DNA of 64,000 bases from contig CAYTBN010000026.1 in the NCBI GenBank assembly GCA_964436045.1, positions 1,559 to 65,558 of the forward strand, in the 5' to 3' direction. Shown piece by piece: positions 51,993-64,000 of the stretch; position 1 is the first letter of the stretch, and the number at the start of each line of letters is the position of its first letter. Source of the DNA: an uncultured Rickettsiales bacterium. Its GTDB lineage: Bacteria > Myxococcota_A > UBA796 > UBA9615 > CAYRNR01. The position numbers and the translations under genes were made by a program. The notes below the pieces were generated by a model. The model was not told where the DNA came from. It did not search any database and saw only the letters and a program-made list of their open reading frames with translations.

Positions 51993-54900
51993 TCAGGCTC
52001 CGCCGAGGGCGGCCAGTTCCTCGGCGCTCAGCCCGAAGAACACCTGGAGTTGAGCCCGGACCACCTCGGGGCGGCCCTCGGCGAACAACCGCATCTTGCG
52101 GATCTGCTTCTCCCAGATCTTCATCGATGAGCCCCAACGGCGGCAGTGGGTCTTCATCTCCGGGCGCAGTTCCGAGGCCTCCTGTTCGATGCGCGCCACC
52201 ACCCGTTCGGTGGTGAAGGTGTGGTCCATGTGGTGGACAAGACGTTCGAGGAATCGTTGCTTGAACTCCTCGTTGCGGATCAGCCCACACATCAAGGTCG
52301 ACGGCACGTTGTGGCCGTATCCGGTGCCGGACGGGTCGAAGACCCGCTTGAACATGTTCTCGTTCGGGTAGAAGAACGCCGTGTCCACGTCGAACAGGAT
52401 CCAGCGCCAGACCCCGGCAGGTGATCGCTCCCGCCAGCAGCGGATGTTCCCGTTGTCGACGTTGGCGAAGAAGATCTCGAACGACTGGTAGTCGATCAGG
52501 TTGTCGATATCGATCTGGGATGCCACGTGGTCGTAGTGCTCGGCGTCCGTCAGGTCGTGGCCGCGCACGTACTGCAGCAAGGCGTCGTAACTCTCCGTCT
52601 CGCCCGAGACCTGGATCCTCTCCTGCTCGACGATGTCGACCGCCTCGGGATCGACCCCGCGGTTGTCGGCCAGGAAGTACTTACCCTTGCTCTCGCGGAC
52701 GTAGTACAGCCCCCAGTAGTCGCCGTTGATGTACACCACCGCCGGCCGGTGGTCCTGGTAGTCCAGCCCCTGGTCGACCGCCAGGCTGGTGACGACCACG
52801 TCTCGGATCTTCGAGTAGATCGAGTCCGATCCGCCCGTGGACAGGACCATCTTCTTGACGCCCAGCACGTCCTTGTCCGCGAACAGGGGATAGTTGATCT
52901 CCTCGATCCCGTAGCGGTCCCGGGTGGTGACCATGAACGATTTCTGGGCGTAGATCCGGCTGAAGGCGCCGTAGATCCGGATGCCGGCGTCCAGGCCCAG
53001 CCCCGACCGGCCGTCGGTCTCGATCAGCTCCACGTGGGCGGGCAACTCGCGGCGGCTGTAGTAGTTCGCCCCTCGGTGGGGCCACACCTCGTCGGCGTTG
53101 GGGCCGTCCATGTACAGGCCGTGGGTCTCGTCGAACAGCCACTCGGGTGTGGTGGTCAGCGCGATCACCGGCACCGAATGCTGGGCGTCGATCAGGTAGG
53201 TGTGGGTGACCACCGAACTGGGCAGCCGCCCCTCACCGTAGGCCGCCGCGCGCACGACGGTGCCGTGTTTCACCTCGATCGGTTCGGTGTACAGCTTGGA
53301 GCGCGGGCCCGGCGCCGCACCGCCGATGGCGTAGCGGATCTCGGTCGCCGGATCGTCGACGGCCAGCTCGAGGTGGACGACGCCCTCGTGGAAGCCACCC
53401 GGCGGATCGAAGCGGGGATCGGGCGAGTAGCCGGAATAGACATCCGCATCGTTGGCGCCGCCGGGGGTCGGGGTGCGGAAGAACACCCGATCGCCGCTGC
53501 CGGGCAGCCGGCCGCTGGACATGTCCGAGCGTAACCTGCCGGTGGCGAAGGTATCCGCCAGCGTTCCCCAGGAGTCGACCAGGAACAGCTCCTCGCCGCC
53601 CGGGTTGAGCTTGAACGGTGCCAGCGGCACGCCACCCGCGTCGACGGTGCCGTCGCCCCCGGGCCCGCCAGCATGGAGCAGCAGGTGGCCCCCCGGGGCG
53701 ATGGTCGCGGCCGGCAACCGCCAGCGGAACAGATCGGCCTCGTCGTCCGAGAGGAAGTAGCCCTCGACCGAGACGGCCACCGGCGTCGGGTTGTGCAACT
53801 CGATCCAGTCCGGCGTGTCGCCGGAAGCGTCCTTGTGGGTGCTACGGTTGGAGGACTGGACCTCGTTGATCCGCACGCCGGGGGGACGCTCGACGCCGGC
53901 CTCCCCCGTGGGCAGTTCGTCCAATCCGTGGGTGTCGTTGGCCTCCCCGGGGGTCGGCCGCGGGAAATACTGCCAGCCCCCGCCCCACTCCCTGCGACCC
54001 ATCGAGACGCTGGCGGGGACGACCTCGGTCTCGACCAGGTCGATGATCCGCCGGGAGGCGTCGCAGAACAGCACCACCTCGGAGCCGGCCGACACGCGGA
54101 AGTTGGTGTGCAGGTAGAGAGAGTCCTCTGTGCGGCGGTCCTTTCCCGACGCGTAGACCAGCAGCCGCTCGCCTGGCGCGAGGATCCGCTCGGGGAAGCG
54201 CCACTTCTCCCGCATCCGCATCTCGTCGGACAGGTAGAAGCCGCCCATGTCGACGGGCTCGTCGGAACCGTTGTGGAACTCGATCCAGTCGCTGAAGTCC
54301 CCGTCCTCGTCCACCACCGACGCCCGGTTGACGGCCATGTACTCGGCCACGTAGACCGGCGCGTCCTCGACCTGGACGATGTCCATCGCCCGGGTCCAGC
54401 CGGGGGTCAGGTTGGCGTCGCCCGGGGTGGCCTCGGCGAAGTAGATCCAGCTCTCCGGTTCGTCGGCCGAGCGCCCCATCGACACGTCCGAAGGCATCTC
54501 GTCGATATCGACGCTGTCGATCAACTGGCCACCGGCTGCGGTGAGGATCAGGGTCTCGCGGGTTCGCAGCCGGAAGTTGGTGTGCAGCTCGCCGCTGGGG
54601 ATACGCCGGTCCTTGTTGGACGCGAACACGGTGCGGTGCTCGCCGGGCCGCAGGATCAACCACGGGAAACGCCACTTGAACGGCTCGCGGATATCGTCGG
54701 ACAGGCCAAATCCCTGCAGGTTGACCGGGAAGTCGCCCTCGTTGCGGACCTCGATCCAGTCGCTGAACTCGAAGTCCTCGTCCGCCAGGGTGTAACGGTT
54801 GGACGCCATCAGCTCGTTGAGGGACACCTGGGTGTCGCCCTCGGCCACGGCCAGGGTGCTCATCTCGGCCAGACGGATCGCGAAGTAGGCCGCGAGCACC

Positions 54901-55004
54901 AGCAAGACCACGATGATCATGGCGGAGAAGGCCCGCACCACGCCGCGCAGCCCAGGCCCCCGGGGACCTACGCTGCCTTTTCGCTTGCGGGCGTCGAGGA
55001 CCAT
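51993..55004 (-). CDS. CotH-kinase-family protein with three N-terminal lamin-tail (LTD) domains and N-terminal TM anchor
   Basis: 1003 aa. Three LTD-like repeats ('LNELMASNRYTLADEDFEFSDWIEVRNEGDFPVNLQGFGLSDD', 'VAEYMAVNRASVVDEDGDFSDWIEFHNGSDEPVDMGGFYLSDE', 'INEVQSSNRSTHKDASGDTPDWIELHNPTPVAVSVEGYFLSDD'). They are followed by a ~450 aa CotH-like domain (…VVYINGDYWGLYYVRESKGKYFLADN…NVDNGNIRCWRE…WRWILFDVDTAFF…). Confidence 0.7.
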   Translation of the reverse strand: MVLDARKRKGSVGPRGPGLRGVVRAFSAMIIVVLLVLAAYFAIRLAEMSTLAVAEGDTQVSLNELMASNRYTLADEDFEFSDWIEVRNEGDFPVNLQGFGLSDDIREPFKWRFPWLILRPGEHRTVFASNKDRRIPSGELHTNFRLRTRETLILTAAGGQLIDSVDIDEMPSDVSMGRSADEPESWIYFAEATPGDANLTPGWTRAMDIVQVEDAPVYVAEYMAVNRASVVDEDGDFSDWIEFHNGSDEPVDMGGFYLSDEMRMREKWRFPERILAPGERLLVYASGKDRRTEDSLYLHTNFRVSAGSEVVLFCDASRRIIDLVETEVVPASVSMGRREWGGGWQYFPRPTPGEANDTHGLDELPTGEAGVERPPGVRINEVQSSNRSTHKDASGDTPDWIELHNPTPVAVSVEGYFLSDDEADLFRWRLPAATIAPGGHLLLHAGGPGGDGTVDAGGVPLAPFKLNPGGEELFLVDSWGTLADTFATGRLRSDMSSGRLPGSGDRVFFRTPTPGGANDADVYSGYSPDPRFDPPGGFHEGVVHLELAVDDPATEIRYAIGGAAPGPRSKLYTEPIEVKHGTVVRAAAYGEGRLPSSVVTHTYLIDAQHSVPVIALTTTPEWLFDETHGLYMDGPNADEVWPHRGANYYSRRELPAHVELIETDGRSGLGLDAGIRIYGAFSRIYAQKSFMVTTRDRYGIEEINYPLFADKDVLGVKKMVLSTGGSDSIYSKIRDVVVTSLAVDQGLDYQDHRPAVVYINGDYWGLYYVRESKGKYFLADNRGVDPEAVDIVEQERIQVSGETESYDALLQYVRGHDLTDAEHYDHVASQIDIDNLIDYQSFEIFFANVDNGNIRCWRERSPAGVWRWILFDVDTAFFYPNENMFKRVFDPSGTGYGHNVPSTLMCGLIRNEEFKQRFLERLVHHMDHTFTTERVVARIEQEASELRPEMKTHCRRWGSSMKIWEKQIRKMRLFAEGRPEVVRAQLQVFFGLSAEELAALGGA

Positions 55005-55028
55005 CGCTGCGGCATCCTACTCAATAAA

Positions 55029-56228
55029 TCAGGGCACCTGGACGTCCACCCGCACGATGCGGGTTTCGCCGGTCTGCCCCTCGATCCAGTTCAGGTCCGG
55101 GCCATCGAGGGGCGAGGTGTAGTTGTAGATCGTGAACCGCCCATCGCCCCGGTCCAGCGCCGAGGGGAAGCAGGTGTCGCCACGGGACGGGAGATCCAGC
55201 ACGAACGTGACGGTCAGCGCCTCTGGATCCACCCGCCAGAGCGAACACCGCTTGGGGTGCTGCCAGTAATCGAGCTCGTATTGCAGGGTCTGGTCGGCGG
55301 GGTCCAGATCGCGCTGGAACAGGTCGTAGTTGCCGGTCTCCGACAGGTTGCGCCGCCCCACCAGGTAGACGGCGTCGTTCGCCGTGCGAAACACCAGCGG
55401 CGAGTCGTACTTGCGCGGATCGGTGGAGCACTGCCACTGCCCCCAGTCCCCCGCCTCGGCCCGGCAGATCTTCGATCCCCAGCCGTCCTCGTCCCCCAGC
55501 TCGTTGCGCCCCACCGCCACCAGCGTGCCGTCGTCCAGCACGGCGAAGTCGACCTCGGAGAGGCCGCCGTCGTGGACCACGGGCTGGTCCGGGATCACCG
55601 GACGCAGATCGCGGCCGTCGTCGGTGGTCAGCAGGTGGACCTGCTCGCTGGCCTCGTTGAAGTCGTAGATGTTCTCGCCGCCCACGTAGCCGATCAGGTA
55701 GGCGGTGCCGTCGATCACCCGGGCGCGCCAGGGGATGAAGCCCTCGTCGTAGAGCCACTCCGGGTCGGACCACTCCCCGTCACCGAGCCGCTCGCTGACC
55801 ATCATCCCCTGGGGTTCGAAGTCCAGGAGGCTCTCCCCGAGCACGGCGAAGTACAGCAGCAGCCGGCCGTCCAGGGACAGCAGGCGTGGTTCCCGCAGGT
55901 CGGTCTCCAGCCAGAAGCTGGCCTCGAAGCTCCAGGTCTGCTCGTCGGCGCTGCGGACCACGTAGAGCATCGCGTCCCGCGAGGCGAAGTGGGAGGGCGC
56001 GACCCGGAAGGCGAAGAACACCTCGCCGCCGTGCTCGACCACGTCCAGGTTGTTGGCTGCCTCCTGCAGCACCACCTCGGCGGGCAGCCCGTCCGAGGGA
56101 ACCACGGTCTCCGGAGCGGAGATCGTCGTCAGCGAGGGGGCGTCGAAGGTGGCGACGCAGCCGGTCAGGAGGGCGAGCAGAGCGGGGCCCATCGCCAGCG
56201 TAACCGAGCTGTTCTGTTCACCGCGCAC
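55029..56228 (-). CDS. Hypothetical lipoprotein (predicted beta-propeller-like)
   Basis: GTG start; lipobox ALLALLTGC; 399 aa; no confident family. Confidence 0.45.
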   Translation of the reverse strand: MRGEQNSSVTLAMGPALLALLTGCVATFDAPSLTTISAPETVVPSDGLPAEVVLQEAANNLDVVEHGGEVFFAFRVAPSHFASRDAMLYVVRSADEQTWSFEASFWLETDLREPRLLSLDGRLLLYFAVLGESLLDFEPQGMMVSERLGDGEWSDPEWLYDEGFIPWRARVIDGTAYLIGYVGGENIYDFNEASEQVHLLTTDDGRDLRPVIPDQPVVHDGGLSEVDFAVLDDGTLVAVGRNELGDEDGWGSKICRAEAGDWGQWQCSTDPRKYDSPLVFRTANDAVYLVGRRNLSETGNYDLFQRDLDPADQTLQYELDYWQHPKRCSLWRVDPEALTVTFVLDLPSRGDTCFPSALDRGDGRFTIYNYTSPLDGPDLNWIEGQTGETRIVRVDVQVP

Positions 56229-56313
56229 GGGCGACAGGGTACCCCAAGCAGCGGGGGGCGCGCTCAGAGACAGCCTCTCGGGTCTGGTACCATCCGCGCG
56301 GGGGCCGACCGGG

Positions 56314-57810
56314 ATGAAGAGGACGATGGAGCCGAACGAAGCGCAGGGGCGGCGGCCGGTCTGGCAGGCGGTGCTGCTCGGGGTTTGGTTGCTGGCGGGT
56401 GGCTGCCAGGAGCCTGAAAAGGAACCGCTCGGACCGCTGGTCGTCCCGGCCAGCGGTCCGCTGTCGGGCTACTACCCACTGACGCTCAGCATGAAGTACG
56501 GCGGGCCCGCGGTCGATGGGATCACAGCGGTGCGGGTGGGCGACCTGGCCACCTACGAGCTGACAGTCCTGGACGACGACACCCTGACCTTCATCGTCCA
56601 GGGCCAGCCCGAGGCGGGCCCCGTCGACGTCGAGCTGCACGGCGACGATGGTGTCCTCGTCCTGGAAGACGCGTTCCGCTACGACGCCCCCCTCGATCCG
56701 GCGTTCGCGCGGGTGTTCTCCGTCGGCGCCAGCTTCGCCCAGGGGGTGCAGGCGGCGGTCCCCAGCCAGCACGCGGTGCTGGCCAGCCCGTCGCACGGGC
56801 TCGCGACGCAGATGGGCGCCTACATGCCGCTGCCGCAGCTGGTGCCCGACCTGTTCCCGGCGATGGGAGTCTCCGACCTGGGCCCCCCACCCGACTGCGA
56901 GGTGCCGCTGATCGTCTCGTACCTGGCCTGGTCGGCGATGGAGGCGCTGAACCGGATGCAGGATCCGGAGACCGGGATCGTCGGCTACGAGCACGCCAGG
57001 GTCGATCCCGACCTGGAGGTCCGCAACTTCGGCGTGGGCGGTTTCCGGGTTCGCGAGGTGACCCACGGCCCCGACGAGGACGACTTCTACCGCCAGTTCC
57101 TGGCCCACATCGTCTACGACCCCTACGCCGAGATCTACGACGTGGTGCCCGCCAGCCCGGTGGAGCTGGTGGAAGCTGCCGACCCGACCCTGGTGTTCTC
57201 GGTCGACCTGTTCGGCAACGACCTCATCGACGGCTACGTGCAGGGCAACGACATCGACTCCAGCGAGGTGACCCCGGTCGAGGAGTTCCGGGTCGATCTG
57301 GATCTGACCCTGACGCGGCTGGCGGCCACCGGGGCCCAGGTGTTCGTGGCCAACGCGCCCAGCCCGGGTTTGCTGCCGGCCGCCGCCGAGCGCAAGCGCT
57401 GGCTGATCGCCCAGGGCTACGACACCGCGGAGCACATCGACGCCGAGCTGGCGGCCATCGATGCCCTGGCCGAGGAGTTCAACGGGATCCTCGACGAGCT
57501 GGCGGCGGGGCACGACAACGTCCATGTCGTGGACCTGTCGGGCATCGTCGCCGAGGTCTCTGCCGAGGGGATCGCCGCGGGCGATTCCCTGGTGACGGTC
57601 GAGCGCTTCGGTGGTCTGGTGAGCGTGGACGGGCTGCACTTCTCGGACACCGGGTATGCGGTCCTGACCAACGCCTTCGTCGACACGGTCAACGAGACCC
57701 TGGGCACCTCGATCCCGCCGATGGATCTGGCCGCGGTGCTGGCGGCCGACCCCTTCTCGCCGGACAACCTGCGGGCGGCCGGACTCGACGTGGACGCCTG
57801 CGAGCTATAG
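56314..57810 (+). CDS. SGNH/GDSL-like hydrolase lipoprotein with N-terminal Ig/IPT-like domain
   Basis: ORF 56050..57810, with the internal ATG at 56314 and lipobox LLAGGC. Motifs: FSVGASFAQG (block I), VGGF, GNDLID, and DGLHFSDTGY (DxxH). Confidence 0.6.
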   Translation: MKRTMEPNEAQGRRPVWQAVLLGVWLLAGGCQEPEKEPLGPLVVPASGPLSGYYPLTLSMKYGGPAVDGITAVRVGDLATYELTVLDDDTLTFIVQGQPEAGPVDVELHGDDGVLVLEDAFRYDAPLDPAFARVFSVGASFAQGVQAAVPSQHAVLASPSHGLATQMGAYMPLPQLVPDLFPAMGVSDLGPPPDCEVPLIVSYLAWSAMEALNRMQDPETGIVGYEHARVDPDLEVRNFGVGGFRVREVTHGPDEDDFYRQFLAHIVYDPYAEIYDVVPASPVELVEAADPTLVFSVDLFGNDLIDGYVQGNDIDSSEVTPVEEFRVDLDLTLTRLAATGAQVFVANAPSPGLLPAAAERKRWLIAQGYDTAEHIDAELAAIDALAEEFNGILDELAAGHDNVHVVDLSGIVAEVSAEGIAAGDSLVTVERFGGLVSVDGLHFSDTGYAVLTNAFVDTVNETLGTSIPPMDLAAVLAADPFSPDNLRAAGLDVDACEL

Positions 57811-57894
57811 GTCCTCGAAAGCCCGACGAGGGGGCTCTGCAGGCCGGACCCCAGTGGATGGGCGGCCTCTTCGTCCTGACTCATCCGCTCTCCC

Positions 57895-59205
57895 TCAAGG
57901 GGGCGAGGACTGGCCCTCGGTGTTGCGGCCCCAGCACAGGGCGGTGCCGTCCAGCTGGATCCCGCAGGTGTGACTCCCTCCGGCGACCACATGGCTGAAA
58001 TAGGCCCCGGCAGGCACGGTGGACTGCCCCTCGGCGTCGCCCCCCCAGCACTCGATCAGACTCGACGGGGTGACGCCGCAGCTGTGCATCTCCCCCGCCG
58101 CGAGCTGGTCGAAGACGCTGTCCGGAGTGCCGACCTGTCCCATGTTCTGACGCCCCCAGCAGGCCGCGATCCCGTTGGGGCGCAGGGCGCAGGTGTGGTC
58201 GAAGCCGGCGACGATGCCCGAGAAGATGCCCTCCTCGGGGGTCGACTGATTCCATCCGTCGCTGCCCCAGCACACCGCGCTGCCGTCGGTGCGCAGGGCG
58301 CAGCTGTGCGCGAGTCCCGCGGTGATCCGGCCGACGTTTTCCGCTGGCGGAGTGGACTGGCCGTCGTAGTCGTAGCCCCAGCAGACGGCCTCGTTGGCGG
58401 TGGTCACCGCGCAGGTGTGCTGCACGCCCGCCGCCAGGTCGTCGTAGTCCCCGGCCACGACGTCGGACTGGCCGTTGAGGTTGCCACCCCAGCACTGGAT
58501 GGACTCGTCGTCGAGCAGGCCGCAGGAGTGGAAGCGGCCGACGGCCACCTTCACGAAGGTCCCGGATGGGGGCGTGGACTGGCCCTGGTTGTCGTCGCCC
58601 CAGCAGGAGAGCGAGCCGTCGGTCTTGACGCCGCAGGTGTGGTACTCGCCTGCCGCGAGCTGGACGTAGGCCGCCAGGTCGGCGCCGTCGCAGTCCTGGT
58701 CGACCCCGTCATCGGCCACATCCACGGCATCGGGGTGGATCTCCGGATCGGCGTCGTCGCAATCGCCATCGCAGGGCGAGTGGCCGTCGCCGTCCGCGTC
58801 GTCGGGGTTCACCGCCGGGTCGGTGTCGTCACAATCTGGACCGCCCGACTCCTCGGATCCGTGGCCATCGCCGTCGCCGTCGATCCCATCGGCGCCGTCG
58901 CAGTTCTGGTCGATGTCGTCGCCCCACCAGTCACCAGCGTAGGGGTGGCGGGCGGCCGACGAGTCGTCGCAGTCCCCGTCGCAGGTGGAGTAGCCGTCGC
59001 CGTCGGCATCGGCGGCCCCGAGCAGCGGGTCGGTGTCGTCGCAGTCGACCGTGGAGTCCCAGCCGTCACCGTCGGCGTCGCGGGCGGGGGTCCCGTCGCC
59101 CCACAGCAGGGCCGCGGGGACCTCGGGTTCTGTGGAGTCGTCGTCCCCGGGGCAGCCGGCCAGGGCGAGGATCGGCAGCAGAGGCAGCAGGCAGCGGCGG
59201 ATCAC
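57895..59205 (-). CDS. Lipoprotein with MopE-like Cys/Asp repeats followed by six RCC1-like (CWG) beta-propeller repeats
   Basis: The real gene is the C-terminal 436 aa of ORF 57895..59856, starting at GTG 59205 (GGGAGG 6 nt upstream): 'VIRRCLLPLLPILALAGC…'. RCC1-like blades: HSCGLLDDESIQCWGGNLNGQS, HTCAVTTANEAVCWGYDYDGQS, HSCALRTDGSAVCWGSDGWNQS, HTCALRPNGIAACWGRQNMGQ, HSCGVTPSSLIECWGGDAEGQS, HTCGIQLDGTALCWGRNTEGQS. Confidence 0.7.
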   Translation of the reverse strand: MIRRCLLPLLPILALAGCPGDDDSTEPEVPAALLWGDGTPARDADGDGWDSTVDCDDTDPLLGAADADGDGYSTCDGDCDDSSAARHPYAGDWWGDDIDQNCDGADGIDGDGDGHGSEESGGPDCDDTDPAVNPDDADGDGHSPCDGDCDDADPEIHPDAVDVADDGVDQDCDGADLAAYVQLAAGEYHTCGVKTDGSLSCWGDDNQGQSTPPSGTFVKVAVGRFHSCGLLDDESIQCWGGNLNGQSDVVAGDYDDLAAGVQHTCAVTTANEAVCWGYDYDGQSTPPAENVGRITAGLAHSCALRTDGSAVCWGSDGWNQSTPEEGIFSGIVAGFDHTCALRPNGIAACWGRQNMGQVGTPDSVFDQLAAGEMHSCGVTPSSLIECWGGDAEGQSTVPAGAYFSHVVAGGSHTCGIQLDGTALCWGRNTEGQSSPP

Positions 59206-59254
59206 GGGTTCCTCCCTGGGGGGATGATACCGCGAGTGGGGGGGATCCGGGGGC

Positions 59255-62185
<2,931 letters not shown>

Positions 62186-62262
62186 GGGGCACTCCCAGGG
62201 GATCGGTCGGGTTGGGTGGATACCAGGATAGCGCGGCGGGGGGGGAGCCGCGGCCTTCGGTA

Positions 62263-64000
<1,738 letters not shown>

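Noticed and set aside
51993-55004. Initial impression that the 1003-aa protein is a glycoside hydrolase
   Set aside because: Triplicated lamin-tail-domain signature and a CotH-like C-terminal region, together with the flanking VTC and DUF4956 genes, fit the CotH-kinase module better.

Overview
The window is very GC-rich (roughly 70% by eye, not computed) and densely coding on both strands, with about 50 protein-coding genes and no rRNA, tRNA, CRISPR array or transposase/integrase that I could recognise. Several features point to a Myxococcota-type (myxobacterial) chromosome, which is an inference, not a database result: two C-terminal sorting signals of the MYXO-CTERM type (GGGCDCE..hydrophobic..RRRR), many lipoproteins, Ser/Thr kinases with PEGA/FHA partners, and six large secreted proteins built from Cys/Asp-rich 'CDGDCDD..DP...PGA.E.CDG.DNDCDG' (MopE-like putative metal-binding) tandem repeats. 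Housekeeping content includes plsB plus a patatin-like phospholipase (overlapping stop/start), clpS-clpA, a Zn-dependent oxidoreductase, an RmlD-like reductase, a GT4 glycosyltransferase and a VKOR-thioredoxin disulfide-formation fusion. The loci most worth a second look are described in the findings. They are: (i) a conserved but functionally uncharacterised CotH-kinase / VTC / DUF4956 gene trio (50.6-55.0 kb); (ii) a tightly packed minus-strand operon encoding a HEAT-repeat::PilT-like ATPase fusion, a canonical PilT, a Ser/Thr kinase and a TPR protein, next to a PEGA-kinase/FHA pair (32.7-41.6 kb); (iii) a 3' cluster of MopE-repeat proteins with MYXO-CTERM signals, RCC1 repeats and thrombospondin-type-3-like motifs (57.9-64.0 kb), plus paralogues at 10.1-12.3 kb, 44.0-47.5 kb and <1-1.8 kb; (iv) an aldehyde-dehydrogenase homologue whose catalytic Cys and Glu are both substituted (Cys to Phe, Glu to Gln); (v) a DJ-1/PfpI gene reduced to an in-frame 60-aa remnant; (vi) four apparent frameshifts at short C/G homopolymer runs plus one in-frame TAG inside otherwise recognisable genes (sequencing indels or genuine pseudogenes, undecidable here); (vii) a perfect-ish (GRCTCG)x17 hexanucleotide microsatellite filling the whole gap between two convergent genes. 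Many long ORFs in the six-frame track are off-frame shadows (Ser/Pro/Arg/Thr-rich translations typical of high-GC DNA) and were not called. Several ORF-track 'M' residues are GTG/TTG codons.
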